Assembly: GCA_947457385.1 (NCBI GenBank)
Contig: CANGUX010000001.1
Span: 17,940-81,939 of the forward strand
Direction: 5' to 3'
Length of the DNA: 64,000 nucleotides
Origin: Holosporales bacterium
Lineage (GTDB): Bacteria; Pseudomonadota; Alphaproteobacteria; Holosporales; Holosporaceae
In this document: positions 9,608-19,358 of the stretch, one piece after another
Position numbering within the stretch: the first letter of the stretch is position 1
Layout: each line of letters opens with the position of its first letter
Translations under genes and position numbers: made by a program
The notes under the pieces: model-generated
Told to the model about the DNA's origin: nothing
Seen by the model: only the letters and a program-made list of their open reading frames with translations
Database searches by the model: none

Positions 9608-10011
9608 GGGGTATCTCCTTGCATAACAGTAGTTCCTTGGTGGTAAAGTATTTTCCAACTGCCCCTTATGTTCTGCCAAAGGGTCGATCTTCTTGTAACC
9701 CTTGTGTTGTCTTGTATAAGAAGGTAGGTCAGCAAATAGGTGTTTGCTGCGATTCTTGTCAGTTTAAAATCTTTCGTTTCCCAAATATCCTGATAGCCTG
9801 GGTTATTATACCGTTGGAGTAAGGTTTCCGCGATGATTTCCCTGGCATAGACCTTGCCAGATGCACCCACTTCCCAAAATCCATCGCACATTTGGTTTTC
9901 TATATCGTGTCGTGTTTTGCCATATTTTTCAGGATGATGAAAGATGGGTTCTCGCATGATGAGCTCTTCTAGCACTGTGGACTCATCTAACCTTTTCCAT
10001 TTTTTGCTCAT
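9604..10011 (-). CDS. SnoaL/DUF4440-like small protein
   Basis: The probable start is MSKKWKRLDES. The sequence is NTF2-fold-like (..FWEVGASGKVY..TYLL..W..). Its stop overlaps the NUDIX remnant's ATG (ATGA). Confidence 0.45.
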   Translation of the reverse strand: MSKKWKRLDESTVLEELIMREPIFHHPEKYGKTRHDIENQMCDGFWEVGASGKVYAREIIAETLLQRYNNPGYQDIWETKDFKLTRIAANTYLLTYLLIQDNTRVTRRSTLWQNIRGSWKILYHQGTTVMQGDTP

Positions 10012-10129
10012 GCTGATTGCTTTGTGTATAGTGTATGCATTGTGGTCTAGTTTATTGTTATTATATTTGAATAAGATAGGAAAGCATGTCAAGATAACGG
10101 TGTTAGAATCACCTTAAACTACAAAGATC

Positions 10130-10909
10130 ATGGATCTAAAACCCATATCTGACAAGGGGGTTACAGTGCATACAAAAAATATCGCTCTTGTTACAGGTGC
10201 ATCTGCTGGCATAGGCGAAGCTTTGTCACACGAATTGATTGCTCAAGGATGGGTTGTCATTGGATTGGCGCGTTCCTTGGAAAAGCTGATGATGATGCAT
10301 ACACAGCTAGGACCGTCCTTTATGCCTATTGCGTGTGACGTGTCCAGTCAATCTGATATCCGTCGGGTTTCTCAAGCGATTCTTGATCAAAATCTATGCC
10401 CTTCTCTTTTCTTCTTGAATGCAGGTATAGCGGGCGAGAAAAGCATGGAGCATCCTGATGCTTTTGCCGTTGAGGTGCATGAGCGCATGATGGCAGTGAA
10501 TTATTTTGGTGTTCTAGCCTTTGTAGAATGCTTTGAAACACCATGCTTGGAAAATAGCGGGGCTCATTTTATCGTCACAAGCTCTGTCAATGCTATTTTT
10601 GCAGCGCCAACAGGCAGTGCTTACTGCGCATCAAAAGCAGCCATTTCAAAAGCCTTTGAGAGTTTATCTCTCAGGTATTTTGAAAGAAATTTAAAATTCT
10701 CATCTATTTATACAGGTCCCATAGCAACAGATGGCCTGAAAGGTCAATGGCCCTTTACATGGAAACCCGAAAAAATGGCAAAGTATATGTGTAAATTCTC
10801 TGCCAGTAAAAAATCGAGAGGCTATCCCTCTCGTTTTTATTTCATCATTTGCCATGTATTACGAGCATTGCCGGATCGCGTCGTGATGCGTATCTTGAAA
10901 AAAATATAA
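10130..10909 (+). CDS. short-chain dehydrogenase/reductase (SDR)
   Basis: Cofactor motif TGASAGIGEA and catalytic motif YCASKAA. Confidence 0.85.
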   Translation: MDLKPISDKGVTVHTKNIALVTGASAGIGEALSHELIAQGWVVIGLARSLEKLMMMHTQLGPSFMPIACDVSSQSDIRRVSQAILDQNLCPSLFFLNAGIAGEKSMEHPDAFAVEVHERMMAVNYFGVLAFVECFETPCLENSGAHFIVTSSVNAIFAAPTGSAYCASKAAISKAFESLSLRYFERNLKFSSIYTGPIATDGLKGQWPFTWKPEKMAKYMCKFSASKKSRGYPSRFYFIICHVLRALPDRVVMRILKKI

Positions 10910-11095
10910 GGATTTATAAGGAAAACAGATGCAAAAAAACAATGACAACCCGACCAGCACTAAAATGTGTCGGCATGATGGCGCGCACCTCAAACGCCTA
11001 TGAGATTGCATAAAAAATTAAATAACATTATAGTATTAAAACAGCTTCCCTGTCAATGAATTTTTGACATTTCATTGCAAAAAAAGGTTAATTTT

Positions 11096-11545
11096 ATGAG
11101 AAAAGCTTTTTTTCAAAATACATTAATAGCTATAATTGTTTTTTCTTGTGCTTATGCATTCAATAGCGATCAAAACAGAATCCAAGATACCAAAGCGGCT
11201 TTTCAATATTTTGAGAACGAAATAAACTTCAAAGCGAATGCCAGAAGTGTCCTAACCGTTTCTCTAGGAAAAGCCCCCGGAGTCATTGTCGATGTGAGGG
11301 ATGCCGAAGCTTTTAAAGCAGGACATATTCCAGGCGCAATTCATATACCGTTTGGTCAAAAAAGCAAACCCATTGATTTCTCTGGATTGTCAAAAGATAA
11401 AATCAACTACGTATACTGCTATTCATTGCATTGTAATTTATCTCAAATGGCAGCTAAAACATTTGCCGCTCATGGCTATCCTGTAAAAGAGATTCAAGGT
11501 GGATTCGACACCTGGAAAGAAGAGAATTATCCAATAGAAAAATAG
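11096..11545 (+). CDS. single-domain rhodanese-like sulfurtransferase, exported
   Basis: Signal-like N-terminus MRKAFFQNTLIAIIVFSCAYA. Rhodanese fold motifs are present (DVRDAEAFKAGHIPGAIHIP, active-site loop CYSLHCN). The track ORF begins at an upstream TTG (11075). Confidence 0.75.
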   Translation: MRKAFFQNTLIAIIVFSCAYAFNSDQNRIQDTKAAFQYFENEINFKANARSVLTVSLGKAPGVIVDVRDAEAFKAGHIPGAIHIPFGQKSKPIDFSGLSKDKINYVYCYSLHCNLSQMAAKTFAAHGYPVKEIQGGFDTWKEENYPIEK

Positions 11546-11599
11546 CTTTTTTCTATGCTTAATCAAGGATTTTTGGACATGCCCACCTTCTGAATATCG

Positions 11600-11790
11600 C
11601 CCAATCATCGAGAAACGCAGACTGATTGCAGAAACAGGGCAAGGCAACATAACGTTGCACATTGTATGGCAACATCAAAAGTCTCTTATCTATGGTGTAT
11701 TGTCTATATGAGAGCCTTAATATGGAAGGGCAGCACCTGAATGAAGTAGCGCAAGTATGGGTGAAAGGCAGTATGTACAATCCACAAAAG
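11600..11790 (+). pseudogene. trpB: tryptophan synthase beta-chain remnant
   Basis: The fragments ..KRRLIAETGQG.. and ..MEGQHLNEVAQVWVKGSMYN.. resemble TrpB motifs (IIAETGAGQHG, RQxLNVxRMxLLGAxV). They lie in different frames and contain stops. Confidence 0.45.
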
Positions 11791-11794
11791 CCAT

Positions 11795-12395
11795 CATAGC
11801 GCTTACTCTGTCATGGGCTGATATCATAGAGCTTGGTTTCAGATCCTATGGCTGATGGTCCTGTACACCAAAAAGCTGCTGAATTCCCCATAGAAAATGG
11901 TATGAACCTTGGTAAATTATTGACACAAGTACAAGCAATAAGAGGGCTTGGCTGTAAAACACCGATCATACTTTTTACTTACCTTAATCCGATCTTGGCG
12001 TTCGGTTACGCTCAATTTTGTCACCAAGCCAATGCAGCTGGGATAGATGGAGTGCTAGTTATAGATCTTCCACCGGAAGAAGATGAGGATTTTTACGCCA
12101 TGCTTCAAGAAGCCGGGCTAGAAATTGTGTTGCTTGTATCGCCCACAACAGATCCAGCAAGATTTATCGAATACTTTAGAGGAGGAGCTACATGATTTAC
12201 GTAAAACCATAACTCATACAAAAATAGCAGTAGGATTTGGCATATCATCAATAGAACAAGAGAAATATGTCAGTCACATGGCCGATGGGGTGATTATAGA
12301 GCAAACTGGTTTCAACACTCGAAACCTCTGGGGTAGGTGCGTTCGAAGATAAAGCAAAACAATTTGCGGATATTATACATGGAGGTAATTTATGA
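11795..12395 (+). pseudogene. trpA: tryptophan synthase alpha-chain pseudogene
   Basis: TrpA motifs ..ADIIELG / SDPMADGPV.., ..IILFTYLNP.., ..GIDGVLVIDLPPEE.., ..VGFGIS.. and ..ADGVII.. are spread over three frames. The last frame ends in a TGA overlapping the prs ATG. Confidence 0.75.
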
Positions 12396-13279
12396 TAATC
12401 ATTGGAGGAAGCAGTCATCCAACCCTTGCTCAGCAGATAGCAGGCAAACTTGGATGTGATTGCATTATTGCAAATACAAAGAAATTTGCAGATCAAGAGC
12501 TGAAAGTCCAAGTAAACAAGGATTTATATGGCGAGGACGTGATTATATTGCAATCTACAACGAGACCTGCAAATGATCACCTGATGGAGCTATTATTTCT
12601 TGCAGACACCGCAAAAAGAGCGGGTTGCAATAGTATAACTGCAGTGATTCCTTATTTCGGGTATAGTCGGCAGGATAGACCCTCTTATGCGTATGGCCCC
12701 ATATCAGCAAGCTTAGTTGCCAGGCTGATTGAAACCAGCGGTATGGATAAAGTGGTGACTGTAGATATGCACTCTAAACAATCAGAAGGGTTTTTTAAGA
12801 TTGGGGTTAAGAACCTTGACCCGACAGATTGTTTTATGCATGCATTGGAGAAAAATAGTAATTATAGGGTTATCTCACCTGATGTTGGCGGCTTGCCAAG
12901 GGCCAGGATACTGGCCTCAAAGCTTGGAACTGACCTTGCCATCATTAACAAGACGCGCGATCTTCAGGGCAGGTGCATCATGTCCGATGTTATAGGAAAT
13001 GTTACTGGAAAAGATTGTATTATTATAGATGATATAGTAGACACTGGCGGCACTTTATGCGAAGCAGGAAAGCTTTTAATGCAAAGTGGCGCAAACTCAG
13101 TAAGTGCTTGCATTACTCATGCCGTCTTTTCTGAAAAGTGCATAGATAGAATAAGCAGAGCAGGATTTTCTGAATTCTTTATAACAGATACCGTACATCA
13201 TCAAAAATTACCCTCCTTTATTAAGGTAATTCAAACAAGTGAGCTTATCGTTAAGGCTTTGTTAAAATGTAATAAATGA
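12392..13279 (+). CDS. prs: ribose-phosphate pyrophosphokinase
   Basis: 295-aa ORF with ..FADQELKVQV.., ..GYSRQDR.. and the PRPP-binding loop IIIDDIVDTGGT. Confidence 0.9.
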   Translation: MIIIGGSSHPTLAQQIAGKLGCDCIIANTKKFADQELKVQVNKDLYGEDVIILQSTTRPANDHLMELLFLADTAKRAGCNSITAVIPYFGYSRQDRPSYAYGPISASLVARLIETSGMDKVVTVDMHSKQSEGFFKIGVKNLDPTDCFMHALEKNSNYRVISPDVGGLPRARILASKLGTDLAIINKTRDLQGRCIMSDVIGNVTGKDCIIIDDIVDTGGTLCEAGKLLMQSGANSVSACITHAVFSEKCIDRISRAGFSEFFITDTVHHQKLPSFIKVIQTSELIVKALLKCNK

Positions 13280-13538
13280 TTGTTTCGAATTCCGCTTGCT
13301 ACTCCGGCTTTCGTTCTCTAAAAAATGCATGATCAAAAACCAACAGTCTTCTAAAATCTAAGCAAATCAAGGGTTTAAAGACATGCGTACCTTCTCCCTG
13401 AGTGTTCGCATGTATCGGAGAAAGTGAAGTAAGGGTCTAACGTTAAACCAAAAATCTAGAAAGCTGAGCAATACTGAGTTTTCTGGATTGCTTTGCTATG
13501 CTCGCAATAAGGGTGAGAAAAGTTATTCCTGAAAAATT

Positions 13539-13630
13539 TGGCGGAGAGAGAGGGATTCGAACCCTCGATACGGGTTAAGCCGTATGACGGTTTAGCAAAC
13601 CGTTGCCTTCAGCCACTCGGCCACCTCTCC
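13539..13630 (-). tRNA. tRNA-Ser (anticodon GCU), CCA encoded
   Basis: The reverse complement folds as a cloverleaf: acceptor GGAGAGG, anticodon loop TTGCTAA, long variable arm, T-arm GAGGGTTCGAATCCCTC, then discriminator G and CCA. Confidence 0.9.
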
Positions 13631-13665
13631 GCTCTCATCTATTCTACAAAGATTGCCCGATCAAA

Positions 13666-14958
13666 TCAACTCACCGCACCGTGTGCTGACGCAAGGGGAT
13701 TAACCTCTTTTACGCGAATTTTATGAGAAAAATAAATACTTAAAAACCCAATGCCTGAAATGAATATCATGTACAAAGCTGGCGATAAAGGATTCCCGGT
13801 TTTTTCAATGAGGTAAGTATAGGCATACATAGACATGCCTCCCAACAGAGCTACCCCGATGCCATATCCCAATGAAATGGCCGTATACCGCACAGAAACA
13901 GGAAAAAGCGTATTGACATACGCATTTGTGGGACCATTATAGCCCCCGGTAAACAAGGCGGCCATAAGAATCCCAATAAAATATCCCCCATGATTTAAAA
14001 TATGAAATAAAGGGAATGCACAAATCATCATGGATAAACACCCAAAACGCATAATGCGATAGGGCGAAAATCGATCTGAAAGAGCTCCCATCAAGGGCGC
14101 AAACGTTCCACTAAACAAAAGCAGTGAAAGAGAAGACATCCAAAGGGATTTTGTCATAGGCTGGTGGGCCACAGTCACCATATACACGTTGCCAATATAA
14201 GCCGTTGTCGTATAAGCCATACATGAATTAAAAGCCCCAATCCCCATAGAACAGAAAAAAGGCAAACGATGATGTTTGAAAATTTCAGATAAAGGCATCT
14301 TAGGCTTGGCTTCTTGCTTTTGAGATTTTGCAGCAAGAAATTCTTCTGTTTCAGGGAGTGTCTTGCGAATGTATAATCCTAAAATACTAATCAACATCCC
14401 TAATATAAATGGGATTCTCCAGGCATACTCTGGCATGCCAGGCCAAGTCGCCACCAAAGCCGCTAGGGTAGCTAAAAGAGATCCAACGCCTCCCCCAGTA
14501 ATAATCAAAGAGCCTGCAAGCCCTTTGTTTTTTTTAAAATGTTCTAACAAAAAAATGGCTGCACCGTTGTTTTCCCCTCCCAAACAAAATCCTTGTAAAA
14601 ATCGAAGGATGCATAACATCATCGTCGCTAATATGCCCCATTTTCCTAAATCTGCATAGGTTGGAAGACAGCCCATGCCCAATGTGACAAATCCCATCAA
14701 AATGATGGAAAGACCTAACGCTTTTCGCCTTCCCCAACGGTCCCCTATGGTGCCAAAGAAAAGAGCCCCTAGGGGTCTTCCAAAAAAACCCACTCCAAAT
14801 ACCAACATAGAAGATAATAAATTTGTTCCAGCACTAGATTCAGCTGGGAAAAAAATTTTGGAAAACACCACTGCAAATGCGGCATATAAAGTAAAATCAT
14901 AAAACTCTAACCCATTACCTAACAGTGCAGAAATCAATATTTTTGTATTTTTCTTCAC
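13666..14958 (-). CDS. MFS transporter, MHS/ProP-like (osmolyte or metabolite:H+ symporter family)
   Basis: 430-aa ORF with N-terminus ..GNGLEFYDFTLY.. and MFS loop GTIGDRWGRRKAL. Confidence 0.8.
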   Translation of the reverse strand: MKKNTKILISALLGNGLEFYDFTLYAAFAVVFSKIFFPAESSAGTNLLSSMLVFGVGFFGRPLGALFFGTIGDRWGRRKALGLSIILMGFVTLGMGCLPTYADLGKWGILATMMLCILRFLQGFCLGGENNGAAIFLLEHFKKNKGLAGSLIITGGGVGSLLATLAALVATWPGMPEYAWRIPFILGMLISILGLYIRKTLPETEEFLAAKSQKQEAKPKMPLSEIFKHHRLPFFCSMGIGAFNSCMAYTTTAYIGNVYMVTVAHQPMTKSLWMSSLSLLLFSGTFAPLMGALSDRFSPYRIMRFGCLSMMICAFPLFHILNHGGYFIGILMAALFTGGYNGPTNAYVNTLFPVSVRYTAISLGYGIGVALLGGMSMYAYTYLIEKTGNPLSPALYMIFISGIGFLSIYFSHKIRVKEVNPLASAHGAVS

Positions 14959-15077
14959 AATTTTTTTCTAAAAAAGGATTAACACGATCAGTTTGCTGGA
15001 TGAACCAAAGAAAATCAATGCCTTATTTTCTCAAGATATGCTTCTATTTTTAGAAAGTTTTAAATGGCTCGCCCACA

Positions 15078-15662
15078 TTATCTGAAACAATCGTCCGATG
15101 GTGATGGCGCATAATCCTCTGGGGCAGACAAATCTGTCCCTTTTGGATTTAGCAATAAGACCAGGGTCTTCCATAAAATATAGGCATCTAAAGCCATAGA
15201 GCCATGACGAATATACCATAAATCATAACGGAATTTTTTACGCCAACTGAGGCTATTACGCCCTTTGATTTGAGCCAACCCCGTCATGCCAGGGGGCACA
15301 CCTTGACGCCATTGCGGTGTAAAAAATTCAGGAAGCAAAGGACGTGGCCCAACCCAGGAAAGATCCCCCCTCATGACATTCCACCACGAAGGCAGTTCAT
15401 CTAGGCTGTATTTTCGAAGAAAGCGACCATAACGCGTCAGTTGATGCATTTGGGGAATGGTTCCATGAGGATGCTCCCCCATAGAACGAAATTTAAGAAT
15501 CCAAAATGGTTTTCCATACCTACCGATTCTCTTTTGCCGAAAAAAAAGAGGATATCCTAAAAAAACCAGATTGCTGACGCTTAGAACGGCACAAAGTGGT
15601 AAAATAAGACCTGAAAGCCCGACACCTAGGATTACATCTACACACCGTTTGTATCGTAACAT
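15078..15662 (-). CDS. small bacterial sugar transferase (phosphoglycosyl transferase, PglC/WbaP C-terminal-domain type)
   Basis: 194-aa ORF with one N-terminal hydrophobic helix. Motifs PLFFRQKRIG..KFRSM and DELPSWWNVMRGDLSWVGPRP are present. Confidence 0.85.
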   Translation of the reverse strand: MLRYKRCVDVILGVGLSGLILPLCAVLSVSNLVFLGYPLFFRQKRIGRYGKPFWILKFRSMGEHPHGTIPQMHQLTRYGRFLRKYSLDELPSWWNVMRGDLSWVGPRPLLPEFFTPQWRQGVPPGMTGLAQIKGRNSLSWRKKFRYDLWYIRHGSMALDAYILWKTLVLLLNPKGTDLSAPEDYAPSPSDDCFR

Positions 15663-15836
15663 AAGCTTTTTACTATGGTTAAAAACAAGACTATTTGTTG
15701 TGACATGTACTATGCCATATAATTTAAGCTAATGCCAGCTAATCTGTTGTTTATTTTTCAATGAACGTTTGTGATCTTTCATTGAAAGACAAAGAAAAAT
15801 CCTTTTTTATCTTTGTCTATTTAAAAATCACCCAAG

Positions 15837-16265
15837 CTAAATGTAAAAATCCTGGGGATCAAAGAAAAAAGCAATTTCTTTTTCAGCATTCTCAAGGGAA
15901 TCTGAACCATGAACCGTATTCAGACTCAGCGATTGCCCAAAATCCCCACGAATCGTTCCAGGCTCTGCTTGATCTGGATTGGTGGCTCCCATCAGGGTTC
16001 TATATTTAGAAACGGCTTCTACCCCCGATAATACCTGCACCACAATAGGACCAGAGCTAATGTAAGTACATAGTTCTTCAAAAAAAGCGCGATCCTTATG
16101 AACAGCATAAAACGCTTCGGCCTGAGCATATGAAAGCAGCATCTCTTTCCGTGCAAGAATTTGTAAGCCTGCAGCCATTAATTTTTCTGCAATGGCATCT
16201 TCAAGATCACGCGATAATGCATCGGGTTTTAGAATACATAATGTTTTTTGTGATACGAATTCCAT
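15837..16265 (-). CDS. ndk: nucleoside-diphosphate kinase
   Basis: 142-aa ORF with ..TLCILKPDA.. and ..NTVHGSDS.. (catalytic His). Confidence 0.9.
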   Translation of the reverse strand: MEFVSQKTLCILKPDALSRDLEDAIAEKLMAAGLQILARKEMLLSYAQAEAFYAVHKDRAFFEELCTYISSGPIVVQVLSGVEAVSKYRTLMGATNPDQAEPGTIRGDFGQSLSLNTVHGSDSLENAEKEIAFFFDPQDFYI

Positions 16266-16465
16266 TTTTTCTCCTTAAGAGTATTTCTGTCCCATTATGA
16301 GCCAGAAAAATAAAATATCCAATAGATACAATCCTGTAATTTTAAAAAAACAGAATCGATTTTAATTTTAATTGAAAAAAGATTATTCCTTTAACTTGTC
16401 TAGATCAAAATGATTAAAAGAAAACAAATTCAATGCAATTATACGATAATTTGTATTTTTTTTTG

Positions 16466-16494
16466 TTGACTTTCCTTTGAGAAAACTTTAAAAA
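16466..16494 (+). promoter_or_regulatory. candidate sigma-70 promoter upstream of ctrA
   Basis: TTGACT, a 17-nt spacer, then TAAAAA, about 80 nt upstream of the ctrA start. The context is AT-rich, so specificity is weak. Confidence 0.3.
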
Positions 16495-16573
16495 ATGGAG
16501 TTATATCTTAGAGTAATTTTAAGATTAGGCTGATATAACTTTAGAAACAACACCTTACATGATGGGGGAAACT

Positions 16574-17323
16574 ATGAGAGTGCTGCTAGCGGAAGACGAT
16601 CTCGACATGGCAAAAACGGTTCAAGCGATTTTATGTTCTGAAAATATTATTTGTGATATCTCAGAATCAGGCGAAGAAGCTTGGCAAATTGGTCAAGTTT
16701 ATGACTATGATGTCATCATCCTAGACTTGAATTTACCTGATATTAATGGACATGAATTACTTCATAAATTTAGAGATTCTTCCATAAAATCTCCAGTACT
16801 TATTCTTTCAGGAATCCAAGAAGTTCAAGAAAAAGTAAAGGCCCTTGGATTTGGCGCTGACGATTACATGACCAAGCCTTTTGCAAAAGAAGAATTGATC
16901 GTACGTTTAAAGGCATTGGCACGCAGAGCAGAAGGACATGCCTCTTCTGTTATTAGTGTCGGGGATATTCAATTGAATTTAGACAATCAACGCGTCGAAG
17001 TCAAAGGAATTCCTTTAGAATTAACAGGAAAAGAATATCAAATTTTAGAATTTCTTTTTGTACGTAAAGGGGCAACTGTAACAAAAAACAATTTTTTGAA
17101 CCGCTTATATAATGGTATGGATGAGCCTGAAGAAAAAATTATCGATGTGTTTATGTGCAAAATTCGAAAAAAGTTGCAAGAAATTTTAGGGGAAGTTGGA
17201 CGTGAGTATATCGAAACCATTTGGGGAAGAGGCTATGTCTTGCGTGAACCCTCTAGTTATAGCAATATTCTTTCGGTTCACACCCCATTAAATAAAGTTG
17301 CCAGTATCCCAAAAATTGTTTAA
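16574..17323 (+). CDS. ctrA: OmpR-family response regulator, CtrA-like cell-cycle regulator
   Basis: The sequence shows the CtrA pattern: MRVLLAEDD.., ..YDYDVIILDLNLPDINGHELL.., ..LGFGADDYMTKPF.., ..LTGKEYQILEFL.. and ..MDEPEEKIIDVFMCKIRKKL.. Confidence 0.85.
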   Translation: MRVLLAEDDLDMAKTVQAILCSENIICDISESGEEAWQIGQVYDYDVIILDLNLPDINGHELLHKFRDSSIKSPVLILSGIQEVQEKVKALGFGADDYMTKPFAKEELIVRLKALARRAEGHASSVISVGDIQLNLDNQRVEVKGIPLELTGKEYQILEFLFVRKGATVTKNNFLNRLYNGMDEPEEKIIDVFMCKIRKKLQEILGEVGREYIETIWGRGYVLREPSSYSNILSVHTPLNKVASIPKIV

Positions 17324-17404
17324 GAAAAGAGGCAAATATGAAAGACATCTTGAAAATGCAAGGAGAGATTGATATCGTAAGGTCAAAATGCTTTAAGTTT
17401 TTTT

Positions 17405-18199
17405 GTGTCTATTCACCCCACATCTGTTGTTTCTGAAAAAGCCATTTTAGGAAAAAACGTCATCATTGGCCCCTACTGTTGTGTAGGGGCCGAAGTGGTA
17501 TTAGAAGATGGTGTTTTCCTTCATTCCCATGTCGTCGTTGAAGGGCACACACACATTGGGAAAGATTCTGTTGTTTTTCCTTTTGCATCTTTGGGAAAAG
17601 CCCCTCAGTCCCTTTCTTATCAAGGTGAAATCACATCCCTTAGGATTGGACACAACACCATCATAAGGGAACACGCTACGCTGCACCGAGGGACAGCAAA
17701 AGGAGGAGGAGAAACGGTTATCGGTTCTCATTGTTTTTTAATGGTAGGGGCACACGTAGCCCATGATTGCATGTTGGGAGATCACGTTGTGCTCAGCAAT
17801 CACGCCACTTTAGGGGGGCATGTGGTTTTAGGAGATCATGTCACCCTAGGAGGGCTTACAGCCGTACATCAGTTCACCCGCATTGGTGAAGGGGCCATGT
17901 TAGGGGGGTTTTCAGCTATTGAAAAAGACATTATTCCCTATGGAATGGTTAATGGAAGGCGTGGAGGATTAGCTGGAATTAACGCAAGAAAATTACGATC
18001 GTTGCACTTTTCAAGAGAAGAAATCTCAGCGCTTTATGCCGCCTATGAATGGATTTTTTCAGCCTCCACAGATCCATTGATGCAGCGCATGCATGCGCTT
18101 CCCCCTGATCTTTTGGCATTCCCTTCTGTCCAAAAAGTACACGATTTTATTTTGACAGCAACCCAACGTCCCCTTTGCTTGCCCCAAGATCTCTCATAG
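17405..18199 (+). CDS. lpxA: acyl-ACP--UDP-N-acetylglucosamine O-acyltransferase
   Basis: GTG start. The N-terminus is IHPTSVV.. and hexapeptide repeats run through the N-terminal two thirds. Confidence 0.88.
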   Translation: MSIHPTSVVSEKAILGKNVIIGPYCCVGAEVVLEDGVFLHSHVVVEGHTHIGKDSVVFPFASLGKAPQSLSYQGEITSLRIGHNTIIREHATLHRGTAKGGGETVIGSHCFLMVGAHVAHDCMLGDHVVLSNHATLGGHVVLGDHVTLGGLTAVHQFTRIGEGAMLGGFSAIEKDIIPYGMVNGRRGGLAGINARKLRSLHFSREEISALYAAYEWIFSASTDPLMQRMHALPPDLLAFPSVQKVHDFILTATQRPLCLPQDLS

Positions 18200-18692
18200 A
18201 GCTCCATCAGACATCTCACGATAGAGATGTATATCCCCACATGTAAACAAAACTATAGCTTTATAAATCATAGAAGAATTTGGGGGGTCATGGCATAAAA
18301 AGCGATCCAATCAAGCTTATGTTTCATGGAATGCAACTGTTTCCTCATAGAAATTTTATATATCGTCATGGTCCTTCCTTTAGGCATATCAGGGGGAAGA
18401 ATTGGCTCTATCTTTCTTGAGAATGCCTCCGATTTTTTAGGGAAAAGATCCCTGCTTTTTGAAGATCTATCCAACGATAAAGCCTATTTTTTCAGAGATC
18501 AAGAACATAGGCTTTTCCCATCTCCTGAAACTATGCCAAACAATATGAAATCTTTATGCTCTTTTATCTACTAACGCACTGAAAAATGATTAAGGATGAT
18601 TGTGCCTTTCATAGACAGATGGATAAAAAAGAATGCATGGGTGATAGGAGGAATAAATTTGATATTTCAAGGCGATCTGCAAGCTCTATTCT

Positions 18693-19358
18693 CTAATGTT
18701 TATGCGTGCTAGAAGGACAGAGATCCTTTAGCATACATACAGAGCAATGTGGCGTTCTTGCTTTGCAAACCATTCGACCATGTAATACAAGCCACCCATG
18801 GGCATGTTTTTTCCAGAGATCTGGAATGCATGCCTGTAATTCTTTTTCTACTTTTTCTGGGGTCGCTCCTGATGCGAAACCCAATCGTTTGGCAACACGG
18901 AAAACATGGGTATCCACAGGAATCGTTGGACGATGAAACCAGACATTTAAGATGACATTGGCTGTTTTTCCACCCACACCTGAAAGAGCTGTAAGGGCAG
19001 GAAAAGAATCCGGCACTTCACCTTTGTGGCGCGTGATCAATTGTTGACTGAGCTCTAAAATATACATGGCTTTTCGTTGATATAACCCTAATGTTCGAAT
19101 ATACCCATGTAATGTTTCTTCCGATAATTCTAGCATACGTTGAGGGGTTTCAGCTCTTTTAAATAGCGCTGGCGTGATGAGATTGACGCTTCGGTCTGTG
19201 GATTGCGCTGACAGAACGACAGCGACCAGCAGAGTATAGGCCTGAGTATAATAGAGTTCACACTTTGGTTCTGGATTATGGGCATGAAACCGCTGAAAAA
19301 CAATTTTAATGGATTCAGCAGAAATGAATGCTTTATGATCAACGAGACCCTTTTTCAC
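18693..19358 (-). CDS. nth: endonuclease III
   Basis: HhH-GPD region (..LTALSGVGGKTANV..) and C-terminal 4Fe-4S cysteines CKARTPHCSVCMLKDLC. Confidence 0.9.
   Translation of the reverse strand: MKKGLVDHKAFISAESIKIVFQRFHAHNPEPKCELYYTQAYTLLVAVVLSAQSTDRSVNLITPALFKRAETPQRMLELSEETLHGYIRTLGLYQRKAMYILELSQQLITRHKGEVPDSFPALTALSGVGGKTANVILNVWFHRPTIPVDTHVFRVAKRLGFASGATPEKVEKELQACIPDLWKKHAHGWLVLHGRMVCKARTPHCSVCMLKDLCPSSTHKH

Noticed and set aside
9455-9679. 74-aa ORF from the track as an intact small gene
   Set aside because: It is the N-terminal portion of the NUDIX pseudogene and ends at the in-frame stop within the NUDIX box. Its upstream third overlaps the DUF4440-like gene in another frame.
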